Origin: Ilumatobacteraceae bacterium
Lineage (GTDB): Bacteria; Actinomycetota; Acidimicrobiia; Acidimicrobiales; Ilumatobacteraceae
Length of the DNA: 41,758 nucleotides
NCBI GenBank assembly: GCA_043786575.1
Contig: JAYVVY010000140.1
Span: forward strand, 1-41,758
Reading direction: 5' to 3'
A program made the position numbers and the translations under genes. Below are positions 9,542 through 18,375 of this stretch, piece by piece. Below the pieces are notes generated by a model. That model saw only the letters and a program-made list of their open reading frames with translations. It had not been told where the DNA came from and did not search any database. The stretch's first letter is position 1. Each line of letters begins with the position of its first letter.

Positions 9542-10056
9542 ATGAACCCCACCGAGCTGTACAGCCTCTTCTCCGCCAAGGAGCAGACCCTCCTTGTTGC
9601 CACCGAAAGCGCACGGCTCAAAGGCCTCTCTGAGGACGAGCTCGACGACCTGCTGGGCTTGGTGCGTCGAGAGCGCAACAAGTACAGCAAGCTCTATCGT
9701 CGCCAGTCGTCCGCGCTGGTGGACGCAGCGTCGTCACGAGCGGGAACCTCCACGTCGAATCAGCGCACTCGTCGCAAGGCGGAGATTTTGAAGACACGCT
9801 TGCACGTGTCGCTCGCGCCCTCAGCGTTGCCGCACGCAACGCGGCCAACGAGCTCAAGCAAGAGCGGCTGCAGGCGGCGAGCGACGCCAAGGGCAATCCG
9901 CGCACCAAGACACCAGCAGCCAAGGCCGCCGCTTCAACGGGGGTGACCACTCGCGAACGCGGTCGTACAGCCAAGGGTGGTGCAGCCTCCGCGTCGCGTC
10001 GCGGCTCGAGTAAGGCGCAGGGCGCTCGCCGGCAGGCGAAGAGCGATTCTAGGTAG
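9542..10056 (+). pseudogene. conserved actinobacterial hypothetical protein with basic C-terminal tail, interrupted by a 1-nt frameshift at a T4 run (9786-9789)
   Basis: The N-terminal part is in the phase of 9542 (MNPTELYSLFSAKEQTLLVATESARLKGLSEDELDDLLGLVRRERNKYSKLYRRQSS...NQRTRRKAEI). After the T run this phase becomes R/P/S-rich junk ending at 9946. The -1 phase is open from 9634 to the TAG at 10054-10056 without any ATG/GTG/TTG giving 60 aa or more. It reads FEDTLARVARALSVAARNAANELKQERLQAASDAKGN...ARRQAKSDSR, which is protein-like. Confidence 0.6.
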
Positions 10057-10192
10057 CCGGCGGGTGCTGCGGATTCACCCATAGTGGGTGGCGCAGGTTG
10101 GCCGCGCTACGAGTTAAATTGTTCTGAAATGATGGGTGCCACCGATTGCTTGCGCGAGCTGGTAGAAGTGGCCTCCGTCCCCTGAGAGGAGT

Positions 10193-10591
10193 ATGTCAAT
10201 GATTGGTACTTTCGCGGTCGGCCAGGTTCTGTGGTCGATCATGTGGTTCTTCCTGTTCTTCGTGTGGATCATGCTGTTGCTGCAGGTCTTCGGCGACATC
10301 TTCCGCAGCGATGACCTCGGCGGCGTTGCCAAGTTCGTTTGGGTGCTCTTTGTCATCGTCACCCCGTACCTCGGCGTTTTCATCTACCTCATCATCCGTG
10401 GTGGGAAGATGAGCGCACGCCAGGTTGAAGCAGCCAATGCACAGCAGGCCGCCATGCGTAGCTACATCGCCGATGCCGCCGGCACAACCGTCAGTGCCAG
10501 CCAGGAATTGGCTCGTTTGGCCGATCTGCGCGACAAGGGCGTCATTGACGACAGCGAGTTCGCAACCCTGAAGGCCAAGACACTTCAGTAA
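10193..10591 (+). CDS. PLDc_N domain plus SHOCT domain membrane protein
   Basis: The N-terminal two-TM segment carries GDIFRSDDLGGVAKFVWVLFVIVTPYLGVFIYLIIRG (cardiolipin-synthase N-terminal-type). The C-terminal LARLADLRDKGVIDDSEFATLKAK is a SHOCT motif. GAGAGGAG lies upstream of the ATG. Confidence 0.85.
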   Translation: MSMIGTFAVGQVLWSIMWFFLFFVWIMLLLQVFGDIFRSDDLGGVAKFVWVLFVIVTPYLGVFIYLIIRGGKMSARQVEAANAQQAAMRSYIADAAGTTVSASQELARLADLRDKGVIDDSEFATLKAKTLQ

Positions 10592-10631
10592 ACACGCTGG
10601 CGTCGTAGCGACGTCCGCAGCAAGAACGTCA

Positions 10632-10663
10632 CAGCACCCTGGTCGGTACCGGCCAGGGTGCTG
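10632..10663 (+). terminator. 32-nt near-perfect palindrome (stem cagcaccctgg / ccagggtgctg, inner cggtaccg), probable intrinsic terminator without a U-tract
   Basis: Seen directly. It lies 40 nt after the stop of the SHOCT gene and 36 nt before the FtsX permease start. It could instead be an operator. Confidence 0.45.
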
Positions 10664-10698
10664 TCGCGGCTGGCGTTAGGAAGTGCTCAAATACAACG

Positions 10699-13293
10699 GT
10701 GGGTCTGAGAGGCAGGTCGTGGTCGGGCTCGATGCCCGTGGCGTTCGCGATTCTGCTGGCCGCCTTTTGTGCGGCCGGTTCATCGCTGTATGTCTCGTCA
10801 GCCGGTTCGGCGGCGATGCGCCAGCAACTCGACCAGACGTGTCGCAGCGACTCTGCGTTAGTGCTGCCGATCCCTCGCGGGGTCCCCGACGACGTGATCA
10901 TGCCCACCGGGCCACCTGGCGCTGTGCTGCCCGATGTGCCCACCACGGAGCTTCCTGGCGCACGGGAACAGGTAGCTGCGATAGGCGCTGCTGTTCCGTT
11001 CACCGACTCGCCGCGCTTTGGCGCGTACACAGTCCCCCGACTCACCACTAGCGACGGGGTGGAGCGCAGCGTCATCCTGCTCTATCTGGACAAGTTGGAC
11101 GAGCACGTGGTGCCAGCGATGGAAGCACTTGCGGCAGGCGAAGTCGCGCTGTCGCGAACCAATGCTGGCCAGCTGGGTGTCGCTGTCGGCGACGAGCTGC
11201 TGACAGACGACAACCGGGTGCTGACTGTGGCGCACGTGTTCGATGACATCCCGGTGGCTCCGGTTCCGGACGCGTGGTGTGGGATTCGCAACCTGGTGGA
11301 GCCAACACCCTTGGGGGACTTGCCGCCGGTCTCGGCACTGGTTGCGGAAGCGACGGTCGCTCAGTTCAACGATTACAAATCCAGCTACATCGAGTACCGC
11401 ATGACGACCGATCCCGTCACGCTCACCGACATCGCTTCCTCGCTGGACGCCTATCGGGCAGCGGACGAGGCGTGGCGGGCGGCCTTTCCTGGGCAGAGCC
11501 TGGAAGGTGGGCGCTCTGAACTTCCGAATGTATTTGCCCGTGCAAAGGCAGTCAGCGTCACGGTGGAGCGGTCGCTCGCGCCGGTGCGCCTGACCAGCTT
11601 GCTCAGCCTGGCCGGCGTGTTGGTGGCTGCCGCTGTGCTCATGGCCCGCGAGCGACGACGAGAGCTGCGGTTGTTGGCGGTGCGTGGCGTGCACCCTGCC
11701 CGCATTGCGTGGGGCACCGCGCCATCCGTGCTGGTTGTGGTCGCGCCAGCTGCACTCCTCGGTTTCGGGCTGGCCTGGCTGACCGTCACCCAGCTCGGCC
11801 CGGCCTCACTGTTCGAGCGACACGCCATCTTGAGTGGCACTGTGGCCACGGTGCTGTGCCTCCTGATCGGTCTGGCCGTAGTGGTGAGCACCGTCGCGTT
11901 CGTGGCCGACCGTTCGGTGGATCGCGGGCCGGGCCACGCTTCGATGCGATGGCTGTTGCCGGCCGCCGGGCTGGCCTCGGTTGTGCTCACGCTCTGGTCG
12001 TTTCAGCGGCTGGACTCGCGCGGTGGCATTCGTACATTTGGGGTCGAGGCGCGCGGTGGGGACCTGCTGGCCTTGGGCTTCCCGCTGTTCGCACTGCTGA
12101 CCATCACCGCTCTCGCCGCGTTGCTGCTGCGGCTGGTGATCGGGGCTGCGCGGTTGTCGGGTGCGCGGTTGCCGCGCGCGCTACGGCTGGGCTGGCGCCG
12201 CGTGGTGATGGAGGCCGGCCCCACGGTCGCCACCATCGCTGCTGTGTCGCTGGCTTCCGGTGCGCTGATCACCGCAACAGCGTTGTCGGACGGTGCGCAG
12301 CGACAGTTGACCGAGAAGGCGCAGGTGTACGTGGGGAGCGATCTGGCGGTGACGTTGTTCGATGATCCCGTGCTGGCCCCCGACGTACTGGAGCGCTCGA
12401 CATTGGTCTTGACCGCGCGAGCGAAGTTCGACGGCGACCGTGTGGACCTGTGGGGCATCGACCCCACCACCTTCGCCAATGCGGCGGTCCTCCGAGACGA
12501 CGCTGCTGCGCGCTCACTTCCCGAGTTGGTCGCGCTGCTCAAGGTCCCAACGGATGGCGGCCCGCCGCCCGCCATCGCTTCTGGAGCCAGCTGGACGGTT
12601 GGTGATGTAGTGGCCGTTGATGTGGCCGGCACCGAAACTCCGGTAACGGTGAAGATTGTCGCGCTGACGGATTTCTTTCCCGGCAAGACCACTGGCACTG
12701 CCGCTATCGCCGTGAACAGCGCCGTCGTCGCCACCCAGGTGAAGTTTCCCGTACGCCGACTTCTGGTGCGTGATCCCCCAGCGGACCTGGTCGAGACGTT
12801 GCGAGCAGGTGGCACACGGGTTGGGGTGGTACTCAATGCGGATACCACCTTCAATGCCTCGAACTTCAGCGGCCTGCGCTGGGCCTACCGTCCCTTGGCC
12901 CTGCTTGGCGTGTTGTTCGCGGCAATGGCTGCCGCAGTACAGCTACTGGTGATAGCCGCCAGGCGCGACACCCGACGCGCCGCGCACGTGGTGATGCGGC
13001 GCACCGGATTTCGCACCGGTTCGCTGTGGCTGGCCGCGCTGACTGAAGCCGCGCCGCCCCTCTTCATTGGGCTCGCCCTGGGTGTGGGCGCCGCACTGGG
13101 CGCATCGGCGCTCGCCGTCGTCCGCCTCGACCCAATGCCGCTGCTGGCTCCGCCTGCCCGGTTCGCGATGCCGTGGGAAACGGTGCTCACGCTGCTCGCC
13201 GTTGCACCCGTGTGGGCACTGGTGACGGCCCTCGTCATCGTGCGCACCACCGAACGCGCAGACCCAATGCGTGCAATGCGGGGGGACCAGTGA
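10699..13293 (+). CDS. ABC transporter permease, FtsX/MacB-type with two FtsX domains fused in one 864-aa chain
   Basis: The N-terminal TM is followed by a large extracytoplasmic domain, a 4-TM block, a second large loop and a second TM block. It is followed by two ABC ATPase genes with 4-nt overlaps. The start is uncertain (GTG 10699 or in-frame ATG 10732). Confidence 0.85.
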   Translation: MGLRGRSWSGSMPVAFAILLAAFCAAGSSLYVSSAGSAAMRQQLDQTCRSDSALVLPIPRGVPDDVIMPTGPPGAVLPDVPTTELPGAREQVAAIGAAVPFTDSPRFGAYTVPRLTTSDGVERSVILLYLDKLDEHVVPAMEALAAGEVALSRTNAGQLGVAVGDELLTDDNRVLTVAHVFDDIPVAPVPDAWCGIRNLVEPTPLGDLPPVSALVAEATVAQFNDYKSSYIEYRMTTDPVTLTDIASSLDAYRAADEAWRAAFPGQSLEGGRSELPNVFARAKAVSVTVERSLAPVRLTSLLSLAGVLVAAAVLMARERRRELRLLAVRGVHPARIAWGTAPSVLVVVAPAALLGFGLAWLTVTQLGPASLFERHAILSGTVATVLCLLIGLAVVVSTVAFVADRSVDRGPGHASMRWLLPAAGLASVVLTLWSFQRLDSRGGIRTFGVEARGGDLLALGFPLFALLTITALAALLLRLVIGAARLSGARLPRALRLGWRRVVMEAGPTVATIAAVSLASGALITATALSDGAQRQLTEKAQVYVGSDLAVTLFDDPVLAPDVLERSTLVLTARAKFDGDRVDLWGIDPTTFANAAVLRDDAAARSLPELVALLKVPTDGGPPPAIASGASWTVGDVVAVDVAGTETPVTVKIVALTDFFPGKTTGTAAIAVNSAVVATQVKFPVRRLLVRDPPADLVETLRAGGTRVGVVLNADTTFNASNFSGLRWAYRPLALLGVLFAAMAAAVQLLVIAARRDTRRAAHVVMRRTGFRTGSLWLAALTEAAPPLFIGLALGVGAALGASALAVVRLDPMPLLAPPARFAMPWETVLTLLAVAPVWALVTALVIVRTTERADPMRAMRGDQ

Positions 13294-13982
13294 GCACACC
13301 GATCGCCTCCTGTGCGAATGTCACGCGGCGCTTCGAGGTGCCGCGGCGACACGGCGCGGCCTCGTCAGTACTCGCGCTGGACGACGTCACGACGGACATC
13401 GCCGCCGGCCGACTGGTGGTACTCAACGGTCCCAGCGGCTCGGGCAAATCAACTCTGCTGGCGATGCTTGCCGCGCTCGACCGACCCACCGCTGGCAGCG
13501 TCACGCTGCAGGGTCGCGACCTGGGCGCCCTCGATCGTGCCGGCCGCCGGCGAGTGCGCCGATCCACCGCGGTCATGGTGTTGCCGCAGCCGGCCGACAA
13601 CCTGCTGCTCGCCCAGACTGGCCGCAGCAACCTGCTGACCGTCGCCCACCATCGCGGCGTGGTCGACGATGCGGAGCAGGCGCTCGACGACCTGGTGGCG
13701 CTCCTTGGCCTTGGTCGTTTCGTCGACAACGCGTGCGGTGCGATGAGTGGTGGCGAACAGCAGCGGCTGGCCATTGCCAGCGCGTTGGTGGGTGCCCCGC
13801 CACTGGTGTTGGCCGACGAACCGACCGGCGCGCTTGATGCCAACAGCGCCGCAACTGTGATTGAGGCCCTGCAGACTGCCGTCGCCCAGGGGGCCACGGT
13901 GGTGGTGGCCACGCACGACCCGCATGTCGTCGCCGCGGCCGACGACGTGATTCGGCTCGACCATGGCAGGAGGCTGGAATGA
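13290..13982 (+). CDS. ABC transporter ATP-binding protein (subunit 1)
   Basis: GTG 13290 overlaps the permease stop (GTGA). Motifs: Walker A GPSGSGKST, signature MSGGEQQR, Walker B LVLADEPTGALD, H-loop ATHD. The ORF-track start at 13173 is an upstream extension overlapping the permease. Confidence 0.9.
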   Translation: MSTPIASCANVTRRFEVPRRHGAASSVLALDDVTTDIAAGRLVVLNGPSGSGKSTLLAMLAALDRPTAGSVTLQGRDLGALDRAGRRRVRRSTAVMVLPQPADNLLLAQTGRSNLLTVAHHRGVVDDAEQALDDLVALLGLGRFVDNACGAMSGGEQQRLAIASALVGAPPLVLADEPTGALDANSAATVIEALQTAVAQGATVVVATHDPHVVAAADDVIRLDHGRRLE

Positions 13983-14590
13983 GCGCCATCGTCGCCACCG
14001 AGCTCACCAAGATGTGGTCCACCGAGGCCGGTTTGCGGCCCGTCACGTTCACGGTGGAGCCGGGTGAATTCGTTGTGGTGCGCGGCCGTTCGGGGAGCGG
14101 GAAGTCCACGCTGCTGGCACTGCTTGCTGGGTTGTGCTCCCCCGACGATGGTGGCGTCGAAGTCGACGGTGTCGTGCCGTCGCTCGACATGCCGTGGGTG
14201 AGAGTGGCATTTGTGCCGCAGGCGCTTGCCTTGGCAGTCGAGCTCTCGGTCCAGGAGAACATCACCGACGCAGCGCCCGTCGTGGCCATTGACGAGCTGG
14301 ACGCAATGATGCAGCGCCTCGACCTGCATGAGTTTGCCGGGCGCTGTGTCGACGAGGTCTCGATGGGTCAGCAGCAGCGGGCGGCGGTTGCCCGTGCGTG
14401 CATTGTGAACCCACGAGTACTGCTGGTGGACGAGCCAAGCAGTTTTCAGGACGGCCAACACGCTGCTGCCGTGATCGCCGAGCTCGCTCGGCTGGCGGCA
14501 GAGGGAACGGCGGTGCTGGTCGCCACACACGACGAAGCCGTAGTGCGCGCAGCCGACCGCATGCTGGAGCTTGCCGACGATCTGCGGTAG
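13979..14590 (+). CDS. ABC transporter ATP-binding protein (subunit 2, divergent signature motif)
   Basis: ATGA overlap with subunit 1. Motifs: Walker A GRSGSGKST, signature VSMGQQQR (LSGGQ degenerate), Walker B LLVDEPSSFQD, H-loop ATHD. Confidence 0.88.
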   Translation: MSAIVATELTKMWSTEAGLRPVTFTVEPGEFVVVRGRSGSGKSTLLALLAGLCSPDDGGVEVDGVVPSLDMPWVRVAFVPQALALAVELSVQENITDAAPVVAIDELDAMMQRLDLHEFAGRCVDEVSMGQQQRAAVARACIVNPRVLLVDEPSSFQDGQHAAAVIAELARLAAEGTAVLVATHDEAVVRAADRMLELADDLR

Positions 14591-14611
14591 TCGGGCGACT
14601 ACTCTGCGGAC

Positions 14612-15184
14612 ATGAGCATGAACAGCGTGCAGGAGTTCGAAACCCGAGCCCGGGAGGCGGAAGGTTCGCCGATGCCGGCCTTTTTGCGGCTGGGGCGGGC
14701 AATTGCCTGGTTCCTCTACGCGGTCGTGGTGGTCGTGGTGGTCATCTTGGTCATCGCCTTCGTGCTGAGGCTCATGGGCGCCAGCACCGACGCATCGTTC
14801 ACCCGCTGGATCTACCGCAGTAGCGAATCCGCGATGCGTCCGTTCCGCGGCATCTTCCCGGTGAAGGAAGTGGGTGACGCGTCGGTACTCGATGCATCGC
14901 TGCTCTTCGGCGCCATTGCGTACCTTGCACTTGCGACTGGGATCGATGCGCTGTACCGAGGTGCCAGCGACCGCCTGACTCGTCGCGAGCTTGAGATCGC
15001 GCGGGCTCGTGCCGACGCCGATTCGGTGCGGCTGCAGTTCGAGGCGCTGCAGCAGCAGGCGCAGTACACGGCAGCGCAGCAAGCGTCTGCTCAGCAGTCG
15101 GCGCAGCAGTTCGCGGCGCAGCAAGAAGCCATTCGCCGTCAGGCAGAACAAGCCGCAACTGACGCTCGCCGCGCCCTGTCCTAG
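14612..15184 (+). CDS. membrane protein, YggT-like segment plus Q/A-rich coiled-coil tail
   Basis: 190 aa. It has a poly-Val TM (FLYAVVVVVVVILVIAFVL), then FTRWIYRSSESAMRPFRGIFP...LDASLLFGAIAYLAL resembling the YggT repeat. The C-terminus is AQQASAQQSAQQFAAQQEAIRRQAEQAA. The family call is tentative. Confidence 0.55.
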   Translation: MSMNSVQEFETRAREAEGSPMPAFLRLGRAIAWFLYAVVVVVVVILVIAFVLRLMGASTDASFTRWIYRSSESAMRPFRGIFPVKEVGDASVLDASLLFGAIAYLALATGIDALYRGASDRLTRRELEIARARADADSVRLQFEALQQQAQYTAAQQASAQQSAQQFAAQQEAIRRQAEQAATDARRALS

Positions 15185-15327
15185 CCATCGCCAGCTTCAC
15201 CCTGTCCGGGTGCGGCGCAGCCTTCAATAGCTTTGTACGGTGACACGGTTCGCCCGGTCGATGCATCGAGAGTCGACGAAGTGAGAAGGAGACGGTCATC
15301 AGCGACATCAACATCACCTTCACGATC

Positions 15328-17112
15328 TTGGCAGCGGTGGTGGTCCTCTTCGTGTGGAACAAGCTGCCCGTCGAGCTGGTGGCCCTGGGTGCGGCGCTGT
15401 CGCTGTACGCCACCGGGGTGCTGGAATTGCAGCAGTCGCTGGCCGGGTTCGGTGAGCCAACTGTCATCTTGATCGCCTCGCTGTTCGTGGTCAGCGAGGG
15501 CCTCGACGCGACTGGCACCACCGCCTGGGCTGGGCAGCAATTGATGCTTCGATCCGGCGGTGGTGGTCCGCGCGTGATGGTCATGATGATGCTGTTGGTC
15601 GCATTGCTGACCGCGCTGATCAGTGTGAATGGCGCGGTCGCAGCCCTCATCCCGATGGTCGTGATTTTGGCGGTGCAGCTGGGCCGGCCACCCTCACAGA
15701 TGCTGATGCCGTTGGCATTCGCAGCGCATGCCGGCTCCATGTTGGCGCTCACCGGTACGCCGGTCAACGTGCTGGTCTCGGAGGCGGCCTACGACGCCGG
15801 TGTTGGCCGATTCTCATTCTTCTCCTTCACGCTGCTGGGCGTGCCACTGCTGATCGGCACCGTGGTCATCGTGGTGGTCTTCGGCAACCGACTGCTTCCC
15901 TCGCGCACGGCGAAGAACATTCCCGCCGACCTCAGCTCGCACGCGCGCACGCTGCGCGACCAGTACCTCAGCGACCACTCGGTGTTCCGTCTCCGCGTTG
16001 GCGCGACGTCGGCGTTTGTCGGTCAAACTGGTCAGGCGTTGAACCTGACGGACTACGCAGCCGTGATCGTTGTTGGTGTCCAACACGGTGGTGACGGCCT
16101 GCCGTCGCGCACCACGGATATCGCTGCCGACGACATCCTGATTGTGCGTGGCACCGTCGATGTGGTCGAGCGGCTGTGTGCGGTCGAGGGACTCGCCTTT
16201 GTCACCTCCCCCACGTTGGTTGACGAGCGCGAGGAGCTGTTCACTCGCGAGCACGGTTTGGCCGAGCTGGTGGTGCCGCCACGGTCTGGCTTCATCGGCG
16301 AGTCCGTCTTCCCTGGCATGGTGACCGACAGCGGCGACCTGGTCATTCTCGCAGTGCAGCGCAAGGGCATCGACCTCGGCCCCAAGGCGGTGAAACTGGC
16401 TGTTGGCGACACGCTGTTGGTGCAGGGTGAGTGGACTGCGCTCGACGCCAACATCGACGCCGACCCCAACGTGCTCGCCGTCGATGCGCCATCGATGGTG
16501 CGCCGCCAGGCTGTGCCGCTGGGGCTCGGCGCCAAGCGCGCCATCGCCATTCTCGCAGTCATGGTGGTGCTGATGGCGACGGGCGCGGTGCCGTCGGTGG
16601 TCGCCAGCCTGCTGGCTGCGATGGCCATGGTGCTCTTTCGAGTACTGACGCCCGAGCAAGCCTATCGCGGCGTGTCGTGGACGGCGGTCATTTTGGTGGG
16701 TGGCATGATCCCGATGTCGACCGCCATTCAAGAGACCGGCGCGGCGGACAAGATCGCCCACGGGTTGGTGTCGGTCGTTGGCGACTCGGGTCCGTATGCA
16801 TTGCTCGCCGGCCTCTTCCTCCTGACGGTGATGATGGGGCAGCTGATCAGCAACACGGCGACGGCGCTCATCCTCATCCCGGTGGCGGTGTCGGCAGCCA
16901 CCGAACTCGACGTGTCAGCGCGGCCGGTATTGATGACGCTCACCGTTGCCTGCGCGGCCTCGTTCCTCACTCCCGTGGCGACGCCGGCCAACATGATGGT
17001 GATGGGGCCCGGCGGCTACAAGTTTGGTGACTACGCCAAGCTCGGCTTGCCGATGGTGCTGTGGTACTTCGTGGTCGTGATGGGCCTGGTCCCGCTGATC
17101 TGGCGCTTCTAG
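15328..17112 (+). CDS. SLC13/DASS family permease with two central TrkA-C domains
   Basis: 594 aa. Polytopic halves flank a soluble region of about 180 aa (two TrkA_C-like repeats). The ORF-track start is TTG 15328. A strong AAGGAG at 15286-15291 suggests initiation nearer 15298 (see finding). The stop overlaps the convergent thrE-like stop in CTAG at 17109-17112. Confidence 0.85.
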   Translation: MAAVVVLFVWNKLPVELVALGAALSLYATGVLELQQSLAGFGEPTVILIASLFVVSEGLDATGTTAWAGQQLMLRSGGGGPRVMVMMMLLVALLTALISVNGAVAALIPMVVILAVQLGRPPSQMLMPLAFAAHAGSMLALTGTPVNVLVSEAAYDAGVGRFSFFSFTLLGVPLLIGTVVIVVVFGNRLLPSRTAKNIPADLSSHARTLRDQYLSDHSVFRLRVGATSAFVGQTGQALNLTDYAAVIVVGVQHGGDGLPSRTTDIAADDILIVRGTVDVVERLCAVEGLAFVTSPTLVDEREELFTREHGLAELVVPPRSGFIGESVFPGMVTDSGDLVILAVQRKGIDLGPKAVKLAVGDTLLVQGEWTALDANIDADPNVLAVDAPSMVRRQAVPLGLGAKRAIAILAVMVVLMATGAVPSVVASLLAAMAMVLFRVLTPEQAYRGVSWTAVILVGGMIPMSTAIQETGAADKIAHGLVSVVGDSGPYALLAGLFLLTVMMGQLISNTATALILIPVAVSAATELDVSARPVLMTLTVACAASFLTPVATPANMMVMGPGGYKFGDYAKLGLPMVLWYFVVVMGLVPLIWRF

Positions 17113-18362
17113 ACCGCACGCTCAGGGCTGCGATGCATGTAGCTCGTGGCACGAACTGCGGCAGTCCCCATCAGCACGCCGAGCGAGATCGCGAGGACCG
17201 TGACCATGGTGGCGGTGAAGTCGGCGGGCCCCAGCCGCGAGTTGGTGCCCACGATCGCGGTGACACCAATCAGGCCGGCGGCACCTGGCACCAGCAGCCA
17301 AAACGCCGGAAGAAAGAGCACCATTGTCGGTGGGCCCTTCGGGTAGCGGCCGATGAGCAGCACGACGGGTGTCATTGCAAGTGCACCAAAGAAGCCGGAG
17401 AGCTCGGCGGAGAACAATGCCGCCCCAGCGGCTTGGCCGCCCCAGGCGACAGCGAGAACCAGCAGGATCCACGGCACGGTTCGGCGCGGCGCACACAGGT
17501 GGAGATGGTTGCCGATGGCGATCGCCAACAACGAAATCGGCACGGTCCACACACCCAGTCGATCGAGGGGCCGATCAAGCAGGTCGGCGGTCGGTGCTCC
17601 TACCAGCGCGGCGGCCGCGATGATGCCGAATGACAGCAACATCAAGTCGACGAGCCCTTCCACGAGGCGACTAGAGCCACTGATTGTTTGGCCCGCTGCC
17701 AACTCCATCGTTCCAGTGGTGATAGCCGCACCGGGAAGGAACACGACCAGCGGCGGAATCAGACTACGGATGGGGTTCTCGCCGTCGTAGTGCTGTGCCA
17801 CGACGAACACGATTGCCGCGACGGTGAACGAGACGAGGACGGGCATCACAGCCTTGAGTTCCGGGATGCGAATCAGCAACACGAGACCAACGAGCACACC
17901 CAGGACGAAGGCACCAAGTACGCCAAACAGCGTGGGCTGCAGAGCCAGCGCAAAGCCGGCCGACAGTACGCCCAGCCCAAGTGTGCGCACGACGGGGCCG
18001 TGGGGTGCCTGAGTCGCGCGAATTGTCTCCAGCTCAGCCAGGCCCTGAACCGGGCTCAGGTCTCCGCTGGTCGCCCTTCTGACCAGCTCGTACACGGCGC
18101 TGACCTGGTCCAGCCGCAGACCGCTGGCGGCGACGACCGAGCTGATTTGGATGCGCGCGTCGGCCGCCGTTCCCGCCTGGATCATCAGCACCGTGGGCAA
18201 CACAATGATGTCGATGCGCTGGTCTCCCGCGTGCAGCGAGACGCTTTTCAGGATGTCGCGCACCTCATCCACCGCCTCGCCCGAGAGCACGAGCGCCCCG
18301 CCCAACTCGACGAGGAAGTGCACCAGTGGCCCGGTGTCGGAGAGGTCAGGCTCGGCCGTCAT
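17109..18362 (-). CDS. threonine/serine exporter family protein (ThrE; DUF1212 plus DUF3815 halves)
   Basis: Start set at ATG 18362 (MTAEPDLSDTGPLVHFLVELGGALVLSGEAVDEVRDIL...), which avoids overlap with the upstream gene ending at 18376. The layout, a soluble/amphipathic N-half followed by about 10 TM, is typical of ThrE. Confidence 0.8.
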   Translation of the reverse strand: MTAEPDLSDTGPLVHFLVELGGALVLSGEAVDEVRDILKSVSLHAGDQRIDIIVLPTVLMIQAGTAADARIQISSVVAASGLRLDQVSAVYELVRRATSGDLSPVQGLAELETIRATQAPHGPVVRTLGLGVLSAGFALALQPTLFGVLGAFVLGVLVGLVLLIRIPELKAVMPVLVSFTVAAIVFVVAQHYDGENPIRSLIPPLVVFLPGAAITTGTMELAAGQTISGSSRLVEGLVDLMLLSFGIIAAAALVGAPTADLLDRPLDRLGVWTVPISLLAIAIGNHLHLCAPRRTVPWILLVLAVAWGGQAAGAALFSAELSGFFGALAMTPVVLLIGRYPKGPPTMVLFLPAFWLLVPGAAGLIGVTAIVGTNSRLGPADFTATMVTVLAISLGVLMGTAAVRATSYMHRSPERAV

Positions 18363-18375
18363 CAGTACCGGCGTA

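Noticed and set aside
9782-9795. Programmed -1 ribosomal frameshift at the T run
   Set aside because: The local sequence GAG ATT TTG A does not form an X XXY YYZ slippery heptamer in the zero frame, and I see no obvious downstream stimulatory structure. An indel or sequencing error is the simpler explanation.
10057-10192. Possible riboswitch or small RNA in the relatively AT-rich 136-nt leader of the SHOCT gene
   Set aside because: I could not match it to any riboswitch consensus or find a convincing conserved fold by eye. It is more likely an ordinary promoter/leader (TTAAATTGTTCTGAAATGATGG).
15030-15140. Possible tandem DNA repeat (GCAGCAG/CAGCAA-rich)
   Set aside because: It is in-frame coding for a Q/A-rich low-complexity tail (AQQASAQQSAQQFAAQQ). 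It has no fixed unit length and no spacer structure, so it is neither a CRISPR array nor a satellite.
13235-15151. 638-aa minus-strand ORF antisense to the two ABC ATPase genes and the YggT-like gene
   Set aside because: The composition is R/P/G/H-rich and low-complexity, which is typical of shadow ORFs in high-GC DNA. The opposite strand carries unmistakable Walker A, signature and Walker B motifs.
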